34,399 bases of DNA from Verrucomicrobiota bacterium (GCA_041191425.1 JBEEOX010000001.1:1-34399), one strand, 5' to 3'. Positions 1-10,285 are shown, numbered from the stretch's first letter. Made by a program: numbers and translations. The notes: generated by a model not told the origin, from the sequence alone.

Positions 1-611
1 CCGAGGTCTCCTTGGAGAAGACCTGAGAAATATTTTTGGCTCAGCACCGCACGTGGCGGGTAGTTGGGGGTGGATGCGCTATCTGGATTGCGGCGCTTGA
101 ATCGTTGCTGGCGCTCCTCCTTGCTTTCAATGCGCGCGCTCCATCCTTCGGACGAAATGTCCTTTCCCGAATCGACAAACACCGCCGAGGCGATGGCGCT
201 GCCTGACCTTGTGACACGCACCGCGCGACCATCGCCACGCAGCACGACTTCGGTAATATTTTCCGGGTCATCTTGCCCGCCGATCCTTTCATCGCCATTG
301 GCGGCGAATTCGCTTTTTGAAATTTGCGTCGGGCGCGCCACCACCCCGAGCCACTGACCGTAGGCGACGACAATTTTTTCATTGAGGCCAAATTGTTCCT
401 CGAGCTCCTCGATTTGCTCCTCGCTGAGCCCGCCCTGAGCTTGGTTCGATGACGAGCGCTTGCCTCCTTGGTCGGCTCCTAGCGAGGCCTCTTGCAGCAT
501 CCGGTCCATGGGGCCGCCCGGCACAAAGCGCGTGATCCCGAACACGATCAGCGTGATGCCGATCAGCGTGGGCGGAATCAGCAGCAGGCGGCGGATGAAG
601 TAACCTCTCAC
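1..611 (-). CDS. Peptide ABC transporter permease, YejB/OppB-like (N-terminal part only; runs off the window start)
   Basis: Not in the ORF track. Manual translation from GTG at 611 gives MRGYFIRRLLLIPPTLIGITLIVFGITRFVPGGPMDRML...LSEEQIEELEEQFGL...YGQWLG...LLQGDL, the typical BPD_transp_1 N-terminus. The frame is open to the window edge. Confidence 0.85.
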   Translation of the reverse strand, partial: MRGYFIRRLLLIPPTLIGITLIVFGITRFVPGGPMDRMLQEASLGADQGGKRSSSNQAQGGLSEEQIEELEEQFGLNEKIVVAYGQWLGVVARPTQISKSEFAANGDERIGGQDDPENITEVVLRGDGRAVRVTRSGSAIASAVFVDSGKDISSEGWSARIESKEERQQRFKRRNPDSASTPNYPPRAVLSQKYFSGLLQGDL

Positions 612-764
612 AGTTTGTCCCGTGGTTCTAAACCAGCCACCCATCCATGCAAGCACGGAGCCCTGAAACGGCGGGGATTGCCCGCATGTGATGGACTCTC
701 GCAGGAGGGTGTCAGCTTGGCTTTGACCCGGGGCGCGAAGCAGGTTATGCCATGCGGCCTGCAC

Positions 765-1781
765 ATGAAGGACCAAATCCCAGCCATTGAGGCCGAAGCC
801 CTTGCACGAATTTCCGCCGCCGCCGATGAGCGCGCACTTGAGGACGCCCGCGTCGCGGTGCTCGGCAAGAAAGGTTCGCTCACGCTGGCAGCCGCCGGCA
901 TGAAGGATGTGCCCAAGGAGGAAAAAGGTGCCGTGGGTCAGTTGCTCAACGCCGCACGCGCCGCCATCACCGCCGCGCTTGAGTCCAAGCAAGCGACCTT
1001 GCAGGAAATTGCCGACCGCGCCGCGCTTGCCGGTATCGACACGACACTGCCCGCGCGCGAATTGCCAGTCGGCGGATTGCACCCACTCACGCTGATCCGC
1101 GATGAGGCCATTGCGATTCTGCGTCGCATGGGATTCGCCCTCGCCGATGGCCCGGAGATCGAAGACGAGTTTCATTGCTTCGACGCGCTCAACACGCCGT
1201 CGGATCATCCTGCACGCAACGAGAAGGACACCTTCTATTTCGACTCGGGCAAACTTTTGCGCACGCACACGTCAAGCGTGCAGATTCGCACGATGGAATC
1301 CGCCAAGCCGCCGATCCGCATCATCGCGCCCGGTTCGGCCTATCGTCGTGATGAAATTGATGCGACCCACCTCTCGGTCTTCAACCAACTCGAAGGCCTC
1401 TATGTCGCAAGCGATGTTTCGCTGCCCGACCTCAAGGGAACGCTGGAATATTTCCTCCAGCAACTTTTCGGCTCCAACACCGAGGTGCGCTTTCGCCCGC
1501 ACTTTTTCCCGTTCACCGAACCGAGTTTTGAAATCGATGTGAAACTCACCGTCAAAGGCCAGGCCCCCCGATGGATCGAGGTCGCCGGCTGCGGCATGGT
1601 CGACCCGGCGGTCTTTGAAGCAATCAACAAGTCGCGCAAGGACAACGCCTTCGATCCTGCAAACACCACTGGCTTTGCCTTCGGCATGGGCCTCGACCGC
1701 CTCGCGATGATCCGCTGGGGCATCCGCGACATCCGTCTGCTGATCGAGAACGACGTGCGTTTCCTCAAGCAATTCGCCTAA
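765..1781 (+). CDS. pheS: Phenylalanine--tRNA ligase alpha subunit
   Basis: Motifs HPAR, LLRTHTS, YRRDEIDATH, RFRPHFFPFTEPS, GFAFGMGLDR. Start trimmed to ATG 765 (MKDQI). Confidence 0.98.
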   Translation: MKDQIPAIEAEALARISAAADERALEDARVAVLGKKGSLTLAAAGMKDVPKEEKGAVGQLLNAARAAITAALESKQATLQEIADRAALAGIDTTLPARELPVGGLHPLTLIRDEAIAILRRMGFALADGPEIEDEFHCFDALNTPSDHPARNEKDTFYFDSGKLLRTHTSSVQIRTMESAKPPIRIIAPGSAYRRDEIDATHLSVFNQLEGLYVASDVSLPDLKGTLEYFLQQLFGSNTEVRFRPHFFPFTEPSFEIDVKLTVKGQAPRWIEVAGCGMVDPAVFEAINKSRKDNAFDPANTTGFAFGMGLDRLAMIRWGIRDIRLLIENDVRFLKQFA

Positions 1782-1810
1782 AGTCATAAGAATATAGAAT
1801 AATCCATTAT

Positions 1811-2170
1811 ATGAAACTGACCCAAAAACAATGTGAAGCCTTCGCCGACATCCTCGTCCTTGCCATGTGCATCGACGGCCATTTCTCCCTTGCCGAGGAG
1901 GAGGAAATCCAAAAGGAAATCGATAGCATCGGCTGGGATGAAAAAATGAGCTCCACATTGTATCTCGGCACGTCCATCGCCACGGCCCGCGACATCATCG
2001 GTCAGCCTGAACAAGTGAGAGCTCGCCTTGAAGCGCTGGTTCCCACGATCGGCGAGCCTGAAATCGCAAGCTTCATCTTCGAGGAAACCCTCAAAGTCCT
2101 CAACTCCGACGGCACGAATGCCGACGAGGGTGTTTTCATGCGCCAACTGAAAGCCATCCTTAAACTCTGA
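1811..2170 (+). CDS. Small TerB-like (tellurite-resistance B fold) protein
   Basis: 119 aa with two A..DG....E.E-type segments (AMCIDGHFSLAEEEEI; NSDGTNADEGVFMRQL) characteristic of TerB-like domains. The upstream spacer is AT-rich. Confidence 0.6.
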   Translation: MKLTQKQCEAFADILVLAMCIDGHFSLAEEEEIQKEIDSIGWDEKMSSTLYLGTSIATARDIIGQPEQVRARLEALVPTIGEPEIASFIFEETLKVLNSDGTNADEGVFMRQLKAILKL

Positions 2171-2261
2171 CGCGGGAACTCGCACTCAAGAAGCCCGGCG
2201 CATTCCACGGCGATCCCTGCGCCTCTGCGTCTTCATTCAATCGCTTTCACTTTCACACCTC

Positions 2262-4640
2262 ATGAACATTTCCCTCAACTGGCTTTCCACTCACCTTGAT
2301 CTCGCGGGCAAGTCGATCTCGGAGATTGATGATCTTCTTACCTTCGCCGGAGTTGAGGTGGAAGGCATTGTTCCGAAGGGCGTGAGCTCGGAAAAAATCG
2401 TCGTCGCGCAAATCAAGGAGGCGGTGCAGCACCCGAACGCCGATCGCTTGAAGGTGACGCAGGTCGATGCCGGTGAGGGTGTCTTGCGCCAGATTGTTTG
2501 CGGTGCGCAAAATTACAAGGTTGGCGACAAGGTCCCCTGCGCGCTGCCCGGTGCGAAATTGCCCGGCGGATTTACGATCAATGAAACCGTCATGCGCAAG
2601 GTCGAGTCGAAGGGCATGCTCTGCGCCGCATCGGAGATCGGTCTGCCTTCGGGCGAGGATGGCTTGTTGATCCTTCCTGCCGACGTGGAAATCGGCAAGC
2701 CGGTGAAAGAGCTCTTTGAATCCGATGTGTTGCTCGAGCTTGAGGTCACGCCGAACCGACCCGATCTGCTCAGCCACCGCGGCATGGCCCGCGAACTTGC
2801 GGCTCTGCTCAAGACGCCGCTCAAGGCCATGAAATTTCCTGCGGCAAAAAATATCGCTGCGACATCGATTCAAATCGATGCCCCCGATGCCTGCCCGCTC
2901 TACAGTGCGATTCGCATCTCGGGTGTGACGGTCAAGGAAAGCCCCGCATGGCTGAAGGAACGACTCGAATCCATCGGGCTGCGGCCGATCAACAACATTG
3001 TCGATGTGACGAATTTTGTGCTGCACGAGCTGGGTCAGCCATTGCACGCATTCGACGCGGCGAAGATCAGCGGAAACATTGTTGTGCGCCATGCGCGTGA
3101 TGGCGAGTTGTTCACCGCACTCGACGAATCCGAGCACGCGCTGCTCGCCGACGATCTGGTGATTTCCGACAGCAGCGGCGCAAGCCTTGCGTTGGCGGGT
3201 GTGATGGGCGGGCTATCGAGTGGTGTCACGGCAACTACGACGGACATCGTACTTGAGTCGGCTTACTTTGCGCCGCAAGGCATTCGCCGCACTTCGCGCC
3301 GCACTGTTTTGTCGTCGGATTCATCCTACCGCTTCGAGCGAGGAGTCGACCCCCAAGGCGTGCTGCCTGCCGCTGCGCTTGCCGTGAAATTGATTCTTGA
3401 AACCGCGGGCGGATCAGCCGAAGCCGCGATCCAAGTCGCGGGCGTGGCACCGGTGCTCACCAAACCGGTCGCGCTCGATGCCGCCAAGCTCGATCAACTC
3501 ATGGGTGGATCGATCGCGCTCGCCGATGCCGAACAAATTCTCATCCGCCTCGGCCTTTCCAAGCGCGCCGATGGTACTTGGGAAATCCCGTCATTCCGCG
3601 CCGACTTGCAGCGTCACATCGACCTTGTCGAAGAGATCGCGCGCGTGCATGGACTCGCTAATATTCCTTCGCGGATGCTCGGCACCTTTGTTCCCGCCAG
3701 CGCGATCGATGCCGCTTACGATGCCGACATGGTCTTGCGCCGGCGCCTCGCCGCGCTCGGACTTTACGAATGTCAAACGATCAAGCTCATCTCCGATGCG
3801 CAGTTGGCTGATGCCTTGCCGCTGCGCCCGCTGCAAGATGGTGACACGATCCGCGTGAAATTGCCGCTCAGCGAAGATCATGCGGTGATGCGTCCGAGCA
3901 TGATCCCCGGGCTTGTCGCCTCCGCCGTGCGCAATGTGCGCCAGCAGGCGAAATCGTTGAGGCTGTTTGAAATGGGTCGCGTGTTCCGCAATGCGGGTGG
4001 CGGCAAATCGAAGGATCAGGAAAGCGAAACCCTCGGGATCTTGCTCTCGGGTCCGACGCGTCCGATTGGCTGGGATCAGGCCGAGCACATCGCCGATCCT
4101 TTTGATCTCAAGGGACTCGTCGCGGCATTGATCCCCGGTGCGAGCATTCGTTTTTCACCCAAAGATCGCGAAGGCTTTGCGCTCGCGTGCGACATCCGCG
4201 CCGGCGATCAATCGATCGGCGTTTTTGCAAGGCTCCTGCCCTCGCGTGAGCGCGAACTGGATTTCACCACGCCGGTGTTTGTCGCTGAACTCGACCTCGG
4301 CAAGGTCCGCAAGTTGCTCAAGGGCATCGAGCATGTCGCCGAGTTGCCGCAATTTCCCGAATCCTCGCGCGATGCGGCGATGGAAGTTGCCAGCATTTTG
4401 CCGAACTCTGAGATCGAGGGCGTCATTGCCAAATGCGCCGAGACCTTGCTCGTTGATTTCGAATGCTTCGATGTTTTCACTGATCCGACTGGTGCCAAGC
4501 TCGCGGCTGATCGCAAGTCATTGGCCTATCGTTTTCACTATCGCGCCAACGATCGCACGCTTAAGGCCGATGAGGTCGACGCTGTGCATCAGCGCATTCT
4601 TAACGCGCTGAGCGAAAAGGCGGGCGTCAGGTTCAGATGA
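2262..4640 (+). CDS. pheT: Phenylalanine--tRNA ligase beta subunit
   Basis: Motifs [45 protein letters not shown] and a C-terminal FDX-ACB domain. 792 aa. Confidence 0.98.
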   Translation: MNISLNWLSTHLDLAGKSISEIDDLLTFAGVEVEGIVPKGVSSEKIVVAQIKEAVQHPNADRLKVTQVDAGEGVLRQIVCGAQNYKVGDKVPCALPGAKLPGGFTINETVMRKVESKGMLCAASEIGLPSGEDGLLILPADVEIGKPVKELFESDVLLELEVTPNRPDLLSHRGMARELAALLKTPLKAMKFPAAKNIAATSIQIDAPDACPLYSAIRISGVTVKESPAWLKERLESIGLRPINNIVDVTNFVLHELGQPLHAFDAAKISGNIVVRHARDGELFTALDESEHALLADDLVISDSSGASLALAGVMGGLSSGVTATTTDIVLESAYFAPQGIRRTSRRTVLSSDSSYRFERGVDPQGVLPAAALAVKLILETAGGSAEAAIQVAGVAPVLTKPVALDAAKLDQLMGGSIALADAEQILIRLGLSKRADGTWEIPSFRADLQRHIDLVEEIARVHGLANIPSRMLGTFVPASAIDAAYDADMVLRRRLAALGLYECQTIKLISDAQLADALPLRPLQDGDTIRVKLPLSEDHAVMRPSMIPGLVASAVRNVRQQAKSLRLFEMGRVFRNAGGGKSKDQESETLGILLSGPTRPIGWDQAEHIADPFDLKGLVAALIPGASIRFSPKDREGFALACDIRAGDQSIGVFARLLPSRERELDFTTPVFVAELDLGKVRKLLKGIEHVAELPQFPESSRDAAMEVASILPNSEIEGVIAKCAETLLVDFECFDVFTDPTGAKLAADRKSLAYRFHYRANDRTLKADEVDAVHQRILNALSEKAGVRFR

Positions 4641-4649
4641 CGCGCGGCA

Positions 4650-6191
4650 TCAATGCCTGAAGTGGCGGTGGCCGGTGAAGACCATCGCCATGCCTGCTGC
4701 GTCGGCAGCCGCGATGACTTCCTCGTCGCGCACCGATCCACCGGGCTGAATGCAGGCAGTGGCACCTGCATCAATCGCCGATTGCAAACCGTCGGCGAAG
4801 GGGAACATCGCATCGGATGCGACCACGCTGCCCTTGAGATCGAGCCCGGCTTCCTTCGCTTTCCAAACGGCGATGCGTGAGGAATCGACGCGGCTCATTT
4901 GACCCGCCCCAATGCCGAGGGTGCGGTCGTTGGCCGCGTACACGATGGCGTTGGATTTCACATGTTTCACGATGCGCCATCCGAAGCGCATCGCGCGCAT
5001 TTCATCTTCCGTGGGTGGACGCTTGGTGACGACCTTTGACTCGAGGTTGTCGAGTCCGAGAGCGGTGTGGTCGCGGTCCATGACCATGATGCCGCCCGGG
5101 CATGAGCGGATGACCGATGATTTTTTCTCAACCAAATACGCGTCGTTCATCTTCATGAGGCGCAGATTCTTTTTCTTTTGGAGGAGCGCGCGTGCATCGG
5201 CATCAAACTCCGGCGCGATGATCACATCAGTGAAAATTTCCGAAATGACGCGGGCGAGTTCGAGGTTGAGCGGACGGTTGCAGACGATCACGCCGCCGAA
5301 GGGGGCCTGACGATCGGTTTCGAAGGCCTTCTGCCATGCGACGCGCAGGTCCTCATCGTCTTGGCCGACACCACAGGGGTTGGTGTGTTTGAGAATTGCC
5401 ACCGTTGGGCGCACGAAGTCGAGGATCAGGTCGGCGGCAGCTTCGATGTCGAGGATGTTGGTGTAGGAAAGTTCCTTGCCTTGGATCTGCGAGAAGAACT
5501 TGCTGAAGTTGCCGTAGAGCGAGCACTTCTGATGCGGATTGTCGCCGTAGCGAAGCTCTTGTTCGAGTGGCAGACTGAGGGTGAAATTGCAACCGGTGCC
5601 GCGTCGCGATTGACCGAGGAAATTGGTGATGGCCGCGTCGTACTGCGAGGTGCGCAGGAAAACTTTCACGGCAAGCTGTTCGCGGAATCCCTTGGTCGTG
5701 TCGCCGTGGTTGACTTTCATTTCCTCAATCACGCGGGCGTAATCTGCGGGATCGACGACCACCGTGACATGCGAGTGATTCTTTGCCGCGCTGCGCAGCA
5801 TCGAGGGTCCGCCGATGTCGATGTTCTCGATCGCGTCTTCCATCGTCACATCAGGATTCGCGACGGTTTGCTCGAAGGGATAGAGGTTCACAACCACGAG
5901 ATCGATCGGTGGAATGTCGTGGACCTTTGCCTGCTCAAGATGGTCTTTGTCGTCGCGGCGATGGAGGAGTCCGCCGTGGACTTTCGGGTGGAGTGTTTTC
6001 ACGCGACCATCAAAGAGCTCGGGCGCGCCGGTGAATTCTGAAACATCGATCACCGGAAGGCCGGCATCGCGCAGTGCCTTGGAGGTGCCGCCAGTGGAGA
6101 GGAGCTCGACGCCGAACTGGTGGAGTTCGCGGGCAAAGTCGGCGAGTCCGGTCTTGTCGGAAACAGAAAGGAGGGCGCGGGCGATGGGCAT
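4650..6191 (-). CDS. purH: Bifunctional AICAR formyltransferase/IMP cyclohydrolase
   Basis: [54 protein letters not shown]. Start trimmed to ATG 6191. Confidence 0.98.
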   Translation of the reverse strand: MPIARALLSVSDKTGLADFARELHQFGVELLSTGGTSKALRDAGLPVIDVSEFTGAPELFDGRVKTLHPKVHGGLLHRRDDKDHLEQAKVHDIPPIDLVVVNLYPFEQTVANPDVTMEDAIENIDIGGPSMLRSAAKNHSHVTVVVDPADYARVIEEMKVNHGDTTKGFREQLAVKVFLRTSQYDAAITNFLGQSRRGTGCNFTLSLPLEQELRYGDNPHQKCSLYGNFSKFFSQIQGKELSYTNILDIEAAADLILDFVRPTVAILKHTNPCGVGQDDEDLRVAWQKAFETDRQAPFGGVIVCNRPLNLELARVISEIFTDVIIAPEFDADARALLQKKKNLRLMKMNDAYLVEKKSSVIRSCPGGIMVMDRDHTALGLDNLESKVVTKRPPTEDEMRAMRFGWRIVKHVKSNAIVYAANDRTLGIGAGQMSRVDSSRIAVWKAKEAGLDLKGSVVASDAMFPFADGLQSAIDAGATACIQPGGSVRDEEVIAAADAAGMAMVFTGHRHFRH

Positions 6192-6325
6192 GGTGGTGGG
6201 GGCTGGTTTCGCGGGAGGACCTTTTTTGGGGTCCCGCTCGCGGGGTTGACCTAGCCAAGTGGCGGACACGGGGCAAGCGTAATAGGGGAGGGTCGATCGC
6301 AGGAACTTTTGGCAATTCGGCAAAT

Positions 6326-6342
6326 TTGGCCCGCCTCGTGCT
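6326..6342 (+). promoter_or_regulatory. Putative sigma-54 (-24/-12) promoter of the ATP-grasp operon
   Basis: TTGGCCCGCCTCGTGCT: GG (6328-6329), N10, GC (6340-6341), ending 22 nt before ATG 6365. The consensus is TGGCAC-N5-TTGCW. Confidence 0.5.
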
Positions 6343-6364
6343 AATTCCTTGGCAAACACAACCC

Positions 6365-7801
6365 ATGAATTTGTTCGAGGGCTACGATCCCGGTATTTTT
6401 TACGATGAAATGTTCGCCGCCGACGGTGGGGTGAGGCCCCATTGCGGCCCCTTGCAGGATCGATTTCGTGAAATCGACCCAAAGGATTTCCTCGCCCGCA
6501 AGGCCAGCTCGGAACTCTATTTCCTGCGTCAGGGCATCACCTTCAATGTATACCACGACGATCGCGGCACCGAGCGGATCTTTCCCTTCGATCCGATCCC
6601 GCGGGTGATGCCGGCGAGCGAGTGGGAGCATCTTGAGGCAGGCCTCACGCAGCGGATTGTCGCGCTGAACTTGTTTCTTCACGACATTTATCACGATCAG
6701 CGCATTCTCAAGGACGGGGTGATCCCGCGGTTCTACATTGAGCAGGCCAAGCACTATCGCCCTGAGTTTCGAGGGGTCGATGTCCCGGCGGACATTTACA
6801 TCCACATTTGCGGCAGCGATTTGATCCGTGGTGCCGATGGCCAGTATTATGTGCTTGAGGACAATGGTCGCTGTCCGTCGGGGGCTTCTTACCTTTTGGA
6901 AAATCGCAATGCGCTGAAGCGCGCGTTTCCGGGGATCTTCGATGCGATGGGCGTGAGGCCGGTCGATTCTTACCCGAGCGATTTGCTCGACATGTTGCAT
7001 CACATTTCGCCGCGTCGTGATGACAACCCGGTGTGCGTGCTCCTCACGCCCGGCTGTCACAACAGCGCCTACTTCGAGCATTGTTATCTCGCTCGCGAAA
7101 TGGGCATCGACATCGTGGAAGGCGGCGACCTCGTGGTGGTCGATCAATTTGTTTACATGCGCACGACGCGCGGATTGCGTCGGGTCGATGTGATCTATCG
7201 GCGCATCGATGATGATTTCATCGATCCGGTGGTGTTCCGCAAGGACTCGGTGCTCGGCGTGCCGGGCCTCATGAATGCCTATCGTGCGGGAAATGTCGCG
7301 CTGGCGAATGCCGTCGGCACCGGAGTGGCGGATGACAAGGTGATCTATTATTTCGTGCCGCGCATCATCGAGTATTACCTCGGCCAGAAACCGATTTTAC
7401 CGAATGTGCCGACTTATCTCGCATCGGAGGAAAAGGATTTGAAATTCATCCTCGATCATTTGCCCGAGCTGGTGGTCAAAGCAGCCAACGAGTCGGGCGG
7501 CTATGGCATGCTCATGGGTCCGACGGCGAGCAAGCAGCAGATTGCAGAATTTCGCGAGAGGATCATCGCCGATCCGCGCAACTACATCGCGCAGCCGGTG
7601 GTGTCGCTCTCGCGCTCGCCGACTTGGTGCGATGGTGCGATCGAAGGCCGCCACATCGATTTGCGACCGTACATCATTTACGGCAAGGATGTGAAAATCG
7701 TGCCGGGTGGGCTGACGCGTGTCGCCCTTACCAAGGGCTCATTGATTGTGAATTCATCCCAAGGCGGTGGCAGCAAGGACACCTGGGTGCTGCGTCATTG
7801 A
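6365..7801 (+). CDS. Circularly permuted type 2 ATP-grasp protein
   Basis: YDEM, QGITFNVY, ERIFPFDPIPR, VLEDN..PSG.SY, NSAYFEH, VDVIYRRIDDDF, NAVGTGVADDK, PGGLTRVAL, NSSQGGGSKDTWVL. Start trimmed to MNLFEG. Confidence 0.95.
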   Translation: MNLFEGYDPGIFYDEMFAADGGVRPHCGPLQDRFREIDPKDFLARKASSELYFLRQGITFNVYHDDRGTERIFPFDPIPRVMPASEWEHLEAGLTQRIVALNLFLHDIYHDQRILKDGVIPRFYIEQAKHYRPEFRGVDVPADIYIHICGSDLIRGADGQYYVLEDNGRCPSGASYLLENRNALKRAFPGIFDAMGVRPVDSYPSDLLDMLHHISPRRDDNPVCVLLTPGCHNSAYFEHCYLAREMGIDIVEGGDLVVVDQFVYMRTTRGLRRVDVIYRRIDDDFIDPVVFRKDSVLGVPGLMNAYRAGNVALANAVGTGVADDKVIYYFVPRIIEYYLGQKPILPNVPTYLASEEKDLKFILDHLPELVVKAANESGGYGMLMGPTASKQQIAEFRERIIADPRNYIAQPVVSLSRSPTWCDGAIEGRHIDLRPYIIYGKDVKIVPGGLTRVALTKGSLIVNSSQGGGSKDTWVLRH

Positions 7802-7811
7802 AAAAACAGCC

Positions 7812-8849
7812 ATGCTATCAAGAGTCGCCAACACGCTTTACTGGATGCTCCGCTATGTCGAACGGGCCGACAACCTCGCGCGCCTGATCGATGTGAACCA
7901 GCAGTTGCTGCTCGATTCCGAAAGCCTCGACAGCGAGCGCCTTCGTGGGTTTTGGCAGCCGATCATTTTGAGCACGGGCGATCAGGAATCCTTCAACTCG
8001 ATTTACGATCGCGCGGGTAGCAGCGAGGTGATCCGATATCTCACCGATGATCCGCGAAACCCCAACAGCATCACCTCGTGCATCGCTTTGGCGCGTGAGA
8101 ACGCCCGAACTGTGCGCGATCAGTTGTCCGACGAGCTATGGGAAGAACTCAACGCGCTTTATCTCTTCAGTCGCTCGGATGAGGCCAGTCGCTTGGTGGC
8201 ATCCGATCCTCCGCGCTATTACGAGAGGATTCGCCGCAGCGCAGTGAGCTTTCTTGGCATTGCGGCATCGACCACTTCGCGCGACGAGGAATGGGATTTC
8301 ATGGACCTTGGTAGGTACCTTGAGCGCGCCGACAAGACCACGCGTTTCCTTGATGTGGCGAGCTACCTGCCATGTGATGTGAATGAAATTGCCGACGCCA
8401 CCACGGATCATTTGCATTGGTCGGCGATCCTTCGGTCGTGCAGTGCCTTGGGTGCTTTTCGCGCTGTGCAGAGGCAGATCACTGCCAAGGGCGTGATCGA
8501 TTTCCTGCTGTTTTCGTCGCAGTTTCCTCGCTCGGTGCACTATTGCGTCGAGCGGGTCGATGTGAGCCTTCACCGTATCTCGGGCACGCCACGCGGAACT
8601 TTTTCCAACAAGGCCGAACGCGAAACGGGAAGGCTGCTCGCGGATCTAGCGTACGGCTCGGTCGAAGAAGCTCTCGGCGTTGGGCTTCACGGATATCTCG
8701 ACGCATTGCAGGAGCGCTTCAACTCAATCGGCGAGGCGATCTTCGAGACATATGTCTTGATGCCGGATCGCATCCAGACTACCGCGGAGCAGCCAGCAGG
8801 GTCGCTATCGGCCTTGGCGGCATGGCAAATGCAACAACAGCAGCAGTGA
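7812..8849 (+). CDS. Alpha-E domain protein (DUF403) with C-terminal poly-Q tail
   Basis: MLSRVA..LYW..RY.ERA.N.AR, ARENAR.VR..LS.E.WE..N, LGRYLERADKTTRFLDV and FPRSV. The protein ends WQMQQQQQ. Confidence 0.93.
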   Translation: MLSRVANTLYWMLRYVERADNLARLIDVNQQLLLDSESLDSERLRGFWQPIILSTGDQESFNSIYDRAGSSEVIRYLTDDPRNPNSITSCIALARENARTVRDQLSDELWEELNALYLFSRSDEASRLVASDPPRYYERIRRSAVSFLGIAASTTSRDEEWDFMDLGRYLERADKTTRFLDVASYLPCDVNEIADATTDHLHWSAILRSCSALGAFRAVQRQITAKGVIDFLLFSSQFPRSVHYCVERVDVSLHRISGTPRGTFSNKAERETGRLLADLAYGSVEEALGVGLHGYLDALQERFNSIGEAIFETYVLMPDRIQTTAEQPAGSLSALAAWQMQQQQQ

Positions 8850-8878
8850 GTGGTTTGTCCGCGTCAGTTCCATCGTCG

Positions 8879-9727
8879 ATGGGGGTGAAGCTCGCCGTGC
8901 TTCACCGAACGACATTTCATTACGGACTGCCGGTGACCTTGAGCGTCAACACGCTGCATCTCGAGCCGCGCACCTTTCCTTATCAGAAAACCATTTCGGC
9001 CTTGATCCGTGTGTTGCCGGCGACGCGGCTTCGGCGCTTCACGGATTTGTTTCAAAATGTGACGCATCACTTCGAGCTTCCCGACGCGCACACGCGATTG
9101 GAAATCGAAAGCCGCATCCGCGTGCACAACCTGCCGCTGGACATTTCCGACGAGAGCCGCGCCGCGACGACGGAGGCGTATCGAGATGCATCGATCCGCG
9201 AGCGGATCTGGCCCTACATGCAGGAAAGCCGTCGCGTTGTTCGCACGCCGGAGATTTGGCGTCAGGCGATCGATGTCGCAGGCGACTTTGATTCGGTCTA
9301 CCAGCGGGCTTGCGCGTTGATGGAGTGGATTCACCGCGAGTTTCGATACGAGCCCGGCGCCACGGGTGTGGGAACGCGGGTTGATGAATCATTTCAAATG
9401 CGCTGCGGCGTTTGCCAGGACTTCACGCATGTGATGTTGGCGATGTGCCGCGCGCTAGGCGTGGCCGCACGCTACGCGTCGGGATACCTTTACAATGGTC
9501 CGCGCGACACGCTCGTCGGCGCTCAAGCCTCACACGCGTGGTGCGAAGTTTATCTGCCTGCGGCGGGGTGGATCGGGTTTGATCCCACCAACAATACCCT
9601 CGCTGATGAGCGTTATGTGAAGGTCGCGGTTGGCAGGGATTATGACGATGTGGCACCGGTCGTCGGGACTTATCACGGTCATGCCCACTGCCGCATGGAG
9701 GTCCATGTGGAGGTGGAAAAAATCTAG
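8879..9727 (+). CDS. Bacterial transglutaminase-like cysteine protease family protein
   Basis: N-terminal HRTTFHY (Bact_transglu_N), catalytic GVCQDF, ARYASGYL, SHAWCEVY, GFDPTN and VAVGRDYDDV. The start could also be GTG 8846 or GTG 8885. Confidence 0.93.
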   Translation: MGVKLAVLHRTTFHYGLPVTLSVNTLHLEPRTFPYQKTISALIRVLPATRLRRFTDLFQNVTHHFELPDAHTRLEIESRIRVHNLPLDISDESRAATTEAYRDASIRERIWPYMQESRRVVRTPEIWRQAIDVAGDFDSVYQRACALMEWIHREFRYEPGATGVGTRVDESFQMRCGVCQDFTHVMLAMCRALGVAARYASGYLYNGPRDTLVGAQASHAWCEVYLPAAGWIGFDPTNNTLADERYVKVAVGRDYDDVAPVVGTYHGHAHCRMEVHVEVEKI

Positions 9728-9930
9728 AGTAGTTTGCGAAAAGGTGTAGCCGGTGGAGCGAGAAGTTTTTGGCCAAGGCAAGGCGTTGCGATGGAGTGGA
9801 TAGACATCCACGACTGAGCAAGAACGCAGCCATGGACAAAAGATTCCGCTCTTTTCGAAGTCTCGTCGAAGCCGCAAATATTCCACACCTCACCACAGCC
9901 ACCGGCTACAGATTTGAGCAAAATGCTCTA
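9725..9930. mobile_element. MITE-like non-coding element with 32-bp imperfect terminal inverted repeats
   Basis: Left end TAGAGTAGTTTGCGAAAAGGTGTAGCCGGTGG (9725-9756) versus the reverse complement of the right end (9899-9930), TAGAGCATTTTGCTCAAATCTGTAGCCGGTGG: 26/32 identical. Both ends carry TA, and there are nested internal inverted repeats. Confidence 0.7.
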
Positions 9931-9952
9931 ACCCCGCAGTCGGGATGATTTC

Positions 9953-10285
9953 TCAAAATGGCTTTGCCAAACCAAGCCACGCAGATGCCGCGGCGGCGGC
10001 GAGGCTGATCACCAGCACAACCGAGGCGGGCAGGATCTTGCGCTTGGCGAAGAGCGGCGCGATTCCAAGCAGCAGCCAGAGGCCGATTTTGACCATCCAC
10101 CAATGTTGATCCATCGGCGGTTTCTTGAGCATCGCAAAACCGACCAGCAGGATCAGCACGAGTGAGACGCCGTGCAGGATGGATGCCGCTTTTTGGCGTG
10201 AGCCGGCGAGCAGGGTGGAGCCGAGCGAAGCAAAGAGCGCGAAGGCGGCGGCGAGGTGGAGGGTTTTGAGAATGGCGAGGTCCAT
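9953..10285 (-). CDS. Small 4-TM membrane protein (SirB2/YchQ-like)
   Basis: 110 aa with four hydrophobic segments, K.LH near the N-terminus, W..VKI.L and a C-terminal KPF. Confidence 0.65.
   Translation of the reverse strand: MDLAILKTLHLAAAFALFASLGSTLLAGSRQKAASILHGVSLVLILLVGFAMLKKPPMDQHWWMVKIGLWLLLGIAPLFAKRKILPASVVLVISLAAAAASAWLGLAKPF

Noticed and set aside
41-764. Track ORFs 41-391, 64-357 and the 91-aa N-terminal extension of pheS
   Set aside because: These are shadows of the minus-strand ABC permease and its divergent promoter region. pheS similarity starts at 765.
6192-6290. Possible ZMP/ZTP riboswitch upstream of purH (hairpin GGACC-CCAAAAAA-GGTCC on the minus strand)
   Set aside because: The conserved ZTP elements (GACUGGCG...GUGG and the 3' CGCCUGGG pseudoknot) are not visible. 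The leader is short and holds only a simple imperfect hairpin.
6074-6482. Apparent overlap of long purH and ATP-grasp ORFs
   Set aside because: Artefact of upstream alternative starts. The family-like N-termini begin at 6191 (-) and 6365 (+), leaving a normal divergent gap.
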